Shown in pieces: positions 14,261 through 20,000 of a DNA stretch of 20,000 nucleotides. The stretch covers positions 52,508-72,507 of IMG/VR virus record IMGVR_UViG_3300044858_002168. The stretch is one strand, 5' to 3'. The DNA is from an uncultured virus (IMG/VR IMGVR_UViG_3300044858_002168). Its lineage: Duplodnaviria > Heunggongvirae > Uroviricota > Caudoviricetes. The position numbers and the translations under genes are program-made. Below the pieces are notes generated by a model, which ran no database searches, was not told where the DNA came from, and saw only the letters and a program-made list of their open reading frames with translations. Numbering within the stretch: position 1 is the stretch's first letter; each line of letters opens with the position of its first letter.

Positions 14261-14386
14261 GTGAAAGAAGACTACGAAGGACAGGGCCTTGAGCTACTGT
14301 TCAGGATCTTGGGCGTGCTGGCAGGTACTGGCTTGGCAGCCTTGTTAGGGTTGGTAGTGTGGGGAGCGTGGAAATGGCTGAGTTAA
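14261..14386 (+). CDS. small membrane protein (41 aa)
   Basis: AAGGAG RBS, GTG start, hydrophobic helix ILGVLAGTGLAALLGLVVWGAW. Confidence 0.75.
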   Translation: MKEDYEGQGLELLFRILGVLAGTGLAALLGLVVWGAWKWLS

Positions 14387-14730
14387 TCACGCTACCCCGC
14401 GCCACGGTGCAACAGGCACTGGAGGCGTTGGAGAACAGTTCGCCGGACCAGTACCCAGAAGACGCTGGCGTGTTCTACGATGCTAAGGACGCCCTCAAGG
14501 CCGCGCTGGAGCAGCCGGAGCAGTGCAGTTGCGGCGACCGCCTTAAAGACCAGTGCCCCGGCGAGTGGGAACCTGGGTGCGATCTTGGCAACAACCCACA
14601 GTACGCAAGGCGGGTGAACTTGCCAAGGGGTTGTGGGGTATGTGGGCTTGGAAGCAGCGGGGAGGTGACCGGCTATGTTTGTCAGCGAACCAACTGTCCC
14701 ACCAGAGTTACTTGTGGGGGTACTTTATGA
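14374..14730 (+). CDS. Cys-rich hypothetical protein
   Basis: GGAG RBS; QALEALE N-terminus plus Cys clusters. Confidence 0.75.
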   Translation: MAELITLPRATVQQALEALENSSPDQYPEDAGVFYDAKDALKAALEQPEQCSCGDRLKDQCPGEWEPGCDLGNNPQYARRVNLPRGCGVCGLGSSGEVTGYVCQRTNCPTRVTCGGTL

Positions 14731-14903
14731 CTGACCTACGCGAACTGCTGAAGCAGATCCGACAGTGGGATGCGTTAGACATTCCTGACACTGATGGTGA
14801 GTACTGGAAGAGGCGGATTGACGCTGCCTTGGAGAAATCGGAGCAGGAGCAGGAGCAGGAGCCCGCGCCGCCATCGCTAAAGCCGAAGGAAAAGTATGAT
14901 TAA
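14727..14903 (+). CDS. hypothetical protein
   Basis: ATGA overlap; EQ dipeptide repeat. Confidence 0.7.
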   Translation: MTDLRELLKQIRQWDALDIPDTDGEYWKRRIDAALEKSEQEQEQEPAPPSLKPKEKYD

Positions 14904-15186
14904 CGTAAATCAAGTGGTGTTAGCAAAACTGACCCGTCGTGGAGCCTTTATGGTCAACGAACAAAACCGAGAACTGATGTTTCGCTTTCCAGACCAAAAA
15001 CTCAAAGCGGACTACAAAGCAGGCGAACTGTACGAACAGTACATGTGGGTGTTGATGAAACACTTTGGGTCAGAGTTTGTGTTGAACAAGGAGGCACCTT
15101 TTACCGACATTTACCCCACAGATCGTGGTCGTACAGGTGAACAGAAGAGTCCAGAACCCGAACCAGAAAACTGGGAGCATGCATAG
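14896..15186 (+). CDS. hypothetical protein
   Basis: AAGGA RBS; N.N..V..KLT..G ... W.LM..FG. Confidence 0.8.
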   Translation: MINVNQVVLAKLTRRGAFMVNEQNRELMFRFPDQKLKADYKAGELYEQYMWVLMKHFGSEFVLNKEAPFTDIYPTDRGRTGEQKSPEPEPENWEHA

Positions 15187-15190
15187 GGTA

Positions 15191-15246
15191 GGGGCACACA
15201 GGTCAAAAAATATTGGCTTGTGTGCCCTTTTTGTTTGGGTTATAAT
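15191..15246 (+). promoter_or_regulatory. terminator hairpin fused to promoter
   Basis: gggcacaca/tgtgtgccc + TTTTT; TTGTGT-N17-TATAAT. Confidence 0.75.
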
Positions 15247-15273
15247 GTTTTATCAAACAATGAAAGACCAACC

Positions 15274-15483
15274 ATGAACAACCGAATTTTTGAATTGGCC
15301 AACCAGGTTTTGCCCCGCGAAGATGACCTGATCGAAGGCGATCCAAAGGTGTATGCTTACTTCTTCTCAAGCCATGAACTGGTACAGTTCGCCGAGCTGA
15401 TTGCCAAGGAATGTATTCAATTTTGTGGTCATCCTGACAGCATTCGTGTTAAATCAATGAAAAGTCATTTCGGAGTTGAATAA
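15274..15483 (+). CDS. hypothetical protein, small helical paralog family
   Basis: MNNRIFELA...FAELIAKEC...HFGVE. Confidence 0.8.
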   Translation: MNNRIFELANQVLPREDDLIEGDPKVYAYFFSSHELVQFAELIAKECIQFCGHPDSIRVKSMKSHFGVE

Positions 15484-15484
15484 A

Positions 15485-15697
15485 ATGAACGAACGAATCA
15501 AAGAACTAATTCCCAAACCATGGACATTTCCGTATCCCGACAGAGAAATGTATTCTAGAGAACAAATGGAACATCTCGCCGAGTTGATCATCAAGGAGTG
15601 TGCCTACATTGTAGAGAACAGCCCCTGGCAGCTGAATCGTGGGTACAAGGCAGCCGACCAAGCCAACCTGGTCAAGCAACATTTCGGAGCACTATAA
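15485..15697 (+). CDS. hypothetical protein, small helical paralog family
   Basis: MNERIKEL...LAELIIKEC...HFG. Confidence 0.8.
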   Translation: MNERIKELIPKPWTFPYPDREMYSREQMEHLAELIIKECAYIVENSPWQLNRGYKAADQANLVKQHFGAL

Positions 15698-15864
15698 TGG
15701 AGATTGTGTTGTATTTCTTCCTACCCATATTACTGGCAGCAGTGTCTATTCCCATGATCTTGGGTGGTATTCTTTTGATTGATGCCATCGACAGGGGATT
15801 GGGGGGTCGTCTTACCAAAGCAGTACTGAGAGTGTTTAGGTTGATGGAGAACAAACATGACTGA
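15697..15864 (+). CDS. small membrane protein
   Basis: GGAG RBS, TAATG coupling, long hydrophobic N-terminus. Confidence 0.7.
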   Translation: MEIVLYFFLPILLAAVSIPMILGGILLIDAIDRGLGGRLTKAVLRVFRLMENKHD

Positions 15865-16042
15865 CCGTATCCAAGAATTGATGGAGACCTGCTGGGATCC
15901 TGGCCGTGGAGTGGTGAACCCTCGCAAATTGGCTTATATGGTGATCAAAGAGTGTGCACAAGTGGCACGAAAGAATCAGCAAGAAAACATGAACTGGGAT
16001 ATTGCTGATATCTTGTTAGAACATTTTGGGATAAACACATGA
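15857..16042 (+). CDS. hypothetical protein, small helical paralog family
   Basis: MTDRIQEL...LAYMVIKEC...EHFGI. Confidence 0.8.
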   Translation: MTDRIQELMETCWDPGRGVVNPRKLAYMVIKECAQVARKNQQENMNWDIADILLEHFGINT

Positions 16043-16824
16043 ACATTCAATTGGTGAGTGACCTACACCTGTGCTGGGGCGATCTGGTACTGCCCGGCGG
16101 TGATGTATTAGTCATGGCCGGCGACGTCTTTGAGGCCAGTGACTGGACAAAGGTTCCTGCTGTGAGCAAGGTCTACGACCGCTTCTGCAACGAAGAGCTG
16201 ACCAAATACCACACTGTGTTGTACGTGTTTGGCAACCACGAACACTACGGGTCGGAGTACTCCAAGACCCGAGCCACCATCCAAGGCCACATGCCGTCCA
16301 ATGTGGTCATTCTGGAAAACGAATACCTTGACCTGGACGGCACACGATTCTGGGGAGCCACGCTGTGGACTGATATGAACAGAGGCAACCCGGTGGTCAT
16401 GAATCTGGCCCAGGGAGCAATGAACGACTACGTCCACATCAAGCACACCCACCGTGTAGTCCAATCCACCGGCCACAGCTACTGGACCAGCCGCTTCCAA
16501 CCACAAGACACTGTAAACTCACACAAAACCAGCCTACAAAGTCTAAAGTCCAGCCTCCAGTCCGGCCTACCACATTTCGTGATCACACACCACGCCCCTA
16601 GCCAAGGCAGCGTGCACCCCCGGTATGTAGGCGATCCAATCAACCACTGCTACTACAGCAACCTAGAAAACTTTATCCTGGACCATCCCAACATCAAACA
16701 CTGGGTACATGGTCACACCCACCACCCCTTCCACTACAACGTGGGAACCACCACAATCACATGCCACCCACGTGGATACTACGGAGTTGACACAGATGAA
16801 TACCAACCGCTACAAGTTGAATGA
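16039..16824 (+). CDS. calcineurin-like metallophosphoesterase
   Basis: SDLH, AGD, GNHEHY, THHAP, HGHTH motifs. Confidence 0.95.
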   Translation: MNIQLVSDLHLCWGDLVLPGGDVLVMAGDVFEASDWTKVPAVSKVYDRFCNEELTKYHTVLYVFGNHEHYGSEYSKTRATIQGHMPSNVVILENEYLDLDGTRFWGATLWTDMNRGNPVVMNLAQGAMNDYVHIKHTHRVVQSTGHSYWTSRFQPQDTVNSHKTSLQSLKSSLQSGLPHFVITHHAPSQGSVHPRYVGDPINHCYYSNLENFILDHPNIKHWVHGHTHHPFHYNVGTTTITCHPRGYYGVDTDEYQPLQVE

Positions 16825-16993
16825 GACATTCTACAGCAGACGATCATACACCCATCACTTTGACCACATGGTAGACTGGACTTTCGAACTGTACCAAGAA
16901 CTACCTAATGGCAGCCTGATAATCCAGTGTCCAATCCGTACAGACAGAAAGATCCAGGTGGAACGTGACGAAGTTGTCACAATAAACAACTGA
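16796..16993 (+). CDS. hypothetical protein
   Basis: GGAG RBS; start uncertain. Confidence 0.55.
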   Translation: MNTNRYKLNETFYSRRSYTHHFDHMVDWTFELYQELPNGSLIIQCPIRTDRKIQVERDEVVTINN

Positions 16994-17019
16994 CCACTAC
17001 CTCCTCCTAAAATTTAGGC

Positions 17020-17048
17020 TTGCAAAACACAAATTTCTGTGCTATAAT
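17020..17048 (+). promoter_or_regulatory. promoter
   Basis: TTGCAA-N17-TATAAT, extended TG. Confidence 0.75.
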
Positions 17049-17083
17049 CTGTTATAACTTATGGAATACATAAAGTCCCAAAT

Positions 17084-17198
17084 TGGAGGTTGAAAAAATA
17101 AAAACTACACAAAAATTTGAAAATGTGCAGCGCGATTCCTGAGCAAGCCATCCATTTTCAACATTTTCAGTAGTTTTTCTAATTTTTTACAACCTCCA
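17084..17198. repeat. long imperfect inverted repeat (candidate origin or leader hairpin)
   Basis: tggaggttg/caacctcca, aaaaactac/gtagttttt, ttgaaaatg/cattttcaa nested arms. Confidence 0.75.
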
Positions 17199-17316
17199 GC
17201 AATTCTAGGGTCAGATAGCACTGCTCAAGTGAGGGGGGCCTATTTGTTTGACTAATTGTAACTAAAAATTTTAACTAAAAAATACTGGGGTTCCTCTCCG
17301 GTTTTTTCCACTTCTA

Positions 17317-18102
17317 ATGGTACAAATGACTAAGAAAAATATACGGTATATCAACTGGGAAAGTGACACGGTTCAAGATGGTAATAGTTCCTGGGTAATT
17401 CCCCAAATCCTGGCTAATATGGGGTCTAACTGGCCTCTAGTTCGTGGTGTCAACGGTTCCTTCTCGTTCAAGGAGACTATCCGGTCTTGGGGTGTAATGA
17501 TGGACCGAGGTGAATTGACTCTGGATTCGGCTGTGATGACCAAGAAGGGTTTGACTAACCTGCTCAACTGGCTTAACTTGGTTCCACGTGGTGAGGTTCT
17601 AGGGTCAGGGGCTCGTCAGACTGCCAAGGACTGGCTTCGTTACAATGCAGGTGTTCCCCTAGTATTGAGTGCATTCAAGGAGTACCGCGATGTTGGATAT
17701 AGTTCATGGGATTGGACCGACCCATTCAAGGAGTTTCTCGTAGACGGTGACATTGTGGCTTGGAGTAGCCACTTCGGTAAGGATGTGGTGTGGTCCACGG
17801 ACGCACTTTTAGGGTTTCGTGAAGGTTCATTGACTGTGAAGACAGGTAAAAATCAGGGCACTGTGCGTAAGCCCCAGAGTACCACTCAAGTCTACGGTGT
17901 AACAGACCCGGAGTTCAAGGGACTACCCAGGTTGATGAAGCTCAACCTAACTCAGCTGTGGTGTTTTCATCCCAGTCTAGTCACCAAGTTCACTATTGGT
18001 AGTCACATGGATCTTGACAATCCACAACAACCTCTAGTAGCTGGTGAAGTGTTAGAGGTAACCCAACCACGTAGTCAGGCCTCAATGTGGGATATGGTAT
18101 GA
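17317..18102 (+). CDS. hypothetical phage protein (261 aa)
   Basis: Long ORF; VPL..S......Y..WD and L...Q.W segments recall a T5-like hypothetical (unverified). Confidence 0.85.
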   Translation: MVQMTKKNIRYINWESDTVQDGNSSWVIPQILANMGSNWPLVRGVNGSFSFKETIRSWGVMMDRGELTLDSAVMTKKGLTNLLNWLNLVPRGEVLGSGARQTAKDWLRYNAGVPLVLSAFKEYRDVGYSSWDWTDPFKEFLVDGDIVAWSSHFGKDVVWSTDALLGFREGSLTVKTGKNQGTVRKPQSTTQVYGVTDPEFKGLPRLMKLNLTQLWCFHPSLVTKFTIGSHMDLDNPQQPLVAGEVLEVTQPRSQASMWDMV

Positions 18103-18425
18103 AGTACACTAAAGAGATCGCAGACCAGGTTGTAGCCCAATACCGTGAGGGGACCTCAGTTGAAATTATAGCAGCCAGCTTAGGTGTACCCACTCGCAGT
18201 GTGATCGCCAAGCTGAGCAGCCTTGGGGTCTACCAGAAGGCTCGTTACCTCAACAAGCGTGGTGAAGCACCAGTCAAGAAGGAGGTCTACATTGAGCAAG
18301 TGGCAGAATTGCTGGAGGTTGAAGTAGATCGGCTGGAGAGTCTGGAAAAGTGCAATAAGAGTGTGTTGGTGTTGATAATCCGTGCACTGGAGGCCGTGGC
18401 AGATCAAAAAAATCAGCCCAATTAG
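18099..18425 (+). CDS. HTH-like DNA-binding protein, T5 A2/D3-like (paralog 2)
   Basis: YT.E.....V..Y..G..VE.IA..LG...RSVIAKLS..GVY; ATGA overlap. Confidence 0.8.
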   Translation: MKYTKEIADQVVAQYREGTSVEIIAASLGVPTRSVIAKLSSLGVYQKARYLNKRGEAPVKKEVYIEQVAELLEVEVDRLESLEKCNKSVLVLIIRALEAVADQKNQPN

Positions 18426-18509
18426 AAAACAAGTCCAAATATCTGGACTTATCCCACAACTCGCCGCCTTCGCGGCAATTAACCCAAAACTTGTCCAATC
18501 ATCCCCTGT

Positions 18510-18542
18510 AAGCCCCCAATTTGTTCAAATTGGGGGCTTTTT
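18510..18542 (+). terminator. intrinsic terminator
   Basis: aagcccccaattt/aaattgggggctt + T-run. Confidence 0.85.
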
Positions 18543-18592
18543 GCATTGGTTGTCGCGAAGGCGACCATCCGGGCAGTCTCGAATAAATACAC

Positions 18593-18622
18593 TTGACTTG
18601 ACCAGGTTGATGAAGTTATAAT
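18593..18622 (+). promoter_or_regulatory. promoter-like element reading into the repeat block
   Basis: TTGACT-N18-TATAAT. Confidence 0.6.
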
Positions 18623-18645
18623 GTTGGCGCCGAGGACCGTGGAGT

Positions 18646-18729
18646 TTTTGCACTGGCGCAGCTTTTGCACTGGCGCAGCTTTTGCACTGGCGCAAACTTT
18701 TGAGTTTGCCAAGGTTTTGCACTGGCGCG
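18646..18729. repeat. four direct repeats TTTTGCACTGGCGC
   Basis: Copies at 18646, 18663, 18680 (17-bp period) and 18715. Confidence 0.95.
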
Positions 18730-18743
18730 GCGGGGCTGGCAAC

Positions 18744-18816
18744 GTAAGTGAGTGCTCACTTACCAAAATTGCTGCAGTGCAACATGCTTATATAATGATA
18801 TGCTTATATAAGCATG
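18744..18816. repeat. palindrome cluster
   Basis: gtaagtgag-tg-ctcacttac (18744-18763); atgcttatataagcat (18800-18815) with a duplicated atgcttatataa. Confidence 0.85.
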
Positions 18817-18841
18817 GACTTATGTTGTCCAAGCCACCTCA

Positions 18842-18871
18842 ATTTTATCACGCGGCGGTGGCCGGGGTCAA
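18842..18871 (-). promoter_or_regulatory. promoter-like element, convergent with 18593
   Basis: TTGACC-N18-TAAAAT, extended TG. Confidence 0.6.
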
Positions 18872-18916
18872 GTTGTTTTTTAACCACACATGAACAGTAG
18901 GGGTAATCGAAAAATG

Positions 18917-18946
18917 TTGACAGCCCCCCAAAATTAGTGATATAAT
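18917..18946 (+). promoter_or_regulatory. consensus promoter with no downstream ORF
   Basis: TTGACA-N18-TATAAT. Confidence 0.65.
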
Positions 18947-19000
18947 TTTGGCGCAAATAACCCTATAACCTGGTCAACAATAGGGTTATAGGGGCAAAAT

Positions 19001-19023
19001 AAAAGGGGCATATTGCCCCTTTT
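19001..19023. terminator. bidirectional terminator
   Basis: aaaaggggca-tat-tgcccctttt. Confidence 0.85.
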
Positions 19024-19024
19024 A

Positions 19025-19237
19025 TTATTCCTCAGAATCCAAAACCCATTTTGTAGTGGTAACCATAGAAACCCTGTCGGGGTTTACCATTTCAAAAAAC
19101 CGAACATTTTCCATGTCCAATTCTGCCTCAGTAACTTCTTGATCGTTCAACAGATTTTCCCACGCATTTTGTGGAGAAAAACCCTCGGCAGAAATCTGAA
19201 AACCCTCGGCAAAAATAGTCGCAAAAACCACAAACAT
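19025..19237 (-). CDS. acidic hypothetical protein (70 aa)
   Basis: GAAAGGA RBS before MFVVFA. Confidence 0.75.
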   Translation of the reverse strand: MFVVFATIFAEGFQISAEGFSPQNAWENLLNDQEVTEAELDMENVRFFEMVNPDRVSMVTTTKWVLDSEE

Positions 19238-19268
19238 GATAGTTCCTTTCAAATGAAAACAAATGGGG

Positions 19269-19348
19269 TGGATTGTCAGGGATTACGTTTCCGGCCGGAT
19301 TCGTCGAAACTACTGTAGGCCTACTGTTCAACAATCCCTGACAATCCA
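19269..19348. repeat. perfect 16-bp inverted repeat around a 48-nt insert
   Basis: tggattgtcagggatt / aatccctgacaatcca. Confidence 0.85.
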
Positions 19349-19428
19349 GATTCAAGAAATAGGGGCACCTTTTGGTTATTTAAGAGTAGGCGGAACCCGT
19401 TTGTACCGCAGCCACTCCCCCCTATATA

Positions 19429-19755
19429 TCAGACAGGCCGGCTATTCGCCAGTGCCTCAAAAATAGTCTTCAAGGCAGACTTGTTTGCCTTGGTGAGACT
19501 GTCGATCTCACCCTCACTCAATTGCAGGATAGCGCCGATGGCATCGGCATGAGCATCCTTCTTGACCGGCTTTTCGCCCGTCTTGCTCACATACTCCTTC
19601 TTACGGTAAACCCCTTCACGGGACAGTTTTGCCACAACCGAACGAACGGTCTTGCCCATGGATTCTGCGATAGATTCCACGGTGACACCTTGAGCATAAT
19701 CTGCTACCATCTTGGCAGTTTGCTCAGGGGTATAGTTGACAACCTTTTCAGCCAT
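19429..19755 (-). CDS. HTH-like DNA-binding protein, T5 A2-like (paralog 3)
   Basis: GGAGA RBS before MAEKVVNYTPEQT; RSVVAKLSREGVY. Confidence 0.8.
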   Translation of the reverse strand: MAEKVVNYTPEQTAKMVADYAQGVTVESIAESMGKTVRSVVAKLSREGVYRKKEYVSKTGEKPVKKDAHADAIGAILQLSEGEIDSLTKANKSALKTIFEALANSRPV

Positions 19756-19834
19756 TCTCAATTCTCCGAAAGTTAAAAAACACTTGCATGGGGAAACTCT
19801 GATTGATACCCGGCATTCCCCGATCCGTTTCACT

Positions 19835-19863
19835 ATTTTAGGGTAAGTGAGAAACCATGTCAA
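19835..19863 (-). promoter_or_regulatory. strong promoter
   Basis: TTGACA-N17-TAAAAT. Confidence 0.8.
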
Positions 19864-19910
19864 GTGTGGGGTTTTTGCTCCTTCTGCCTAGTTCCTGAAC
19901 CGATAGAGAG

Positions 19911-19939
19911 ATTATGAGTCAGCGATAAAATTCTGTCAA
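19911..19939 (-). promoter_or_regulatory. strong promoter
   Basis: TTGACA-N17-CATAAT. Confidence 0.75.
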
Positions 19940-20000
19940 CGTCCACCAGGAAAGACCCTTCGGCCAGGTCGGGAATTTTTGGGGCCACTTGACGCCCCCC

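Noticed and set aside
18449..18458. DnaA box
   Set aside because: ttatcccaca departs from TTATCCACA and is a single copy.
18646..18729. CRISPR-like direct repeats
   Set aside because: 14-15 bp units with 2-nt gaps; no spacers of CRISPR length.
18274..18893. ORFs across the repeat and palindrome block
   Set aside because: Translations just mirror the DNA repeats; no RBS; they cross terminators and promoters.

Overview
Fragment of a lytic dsDNA phage genome with T5-like organisation; a freshwater proteobacterial host is inferred. Positions 1-10100 are transcribed on the minus strand. They hold five tRNA genes (partial fMet, short-variable-arm Leu-UAG, aberrant D-armless Tyr-GUA, Arg-UCU, Glu-UUC), a collagen/coiled-coil module, UV endonuclease UvsE, a short C5-methyltransferase-like gene and a DUF5664 gene. 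They also hold a ~3 kb ORF-free RNA island (6290-9290). The island contains a ~900-nt closed, highly structured RNA candidate and several anticodon-less tRNA-elbow mimics. It also contains five of six dispersed inverted-repeat cassettes (CCATAtTnnArCACACT...), whose G-U pairs and compensatory changes show RNA-level pairing. Positions 10160-18430 are plus-strand small early genes (SleB-like hydrolase, metallophosphoesterase, a six-member paralog family) and a candidate origin. The right end has repeats, palindromes and strong promoters resembling a T5 pre-early/injection-stop region. Three A2-like paralogs are spread across the window. Family calls come from motif recognition by eye; no searches were run.
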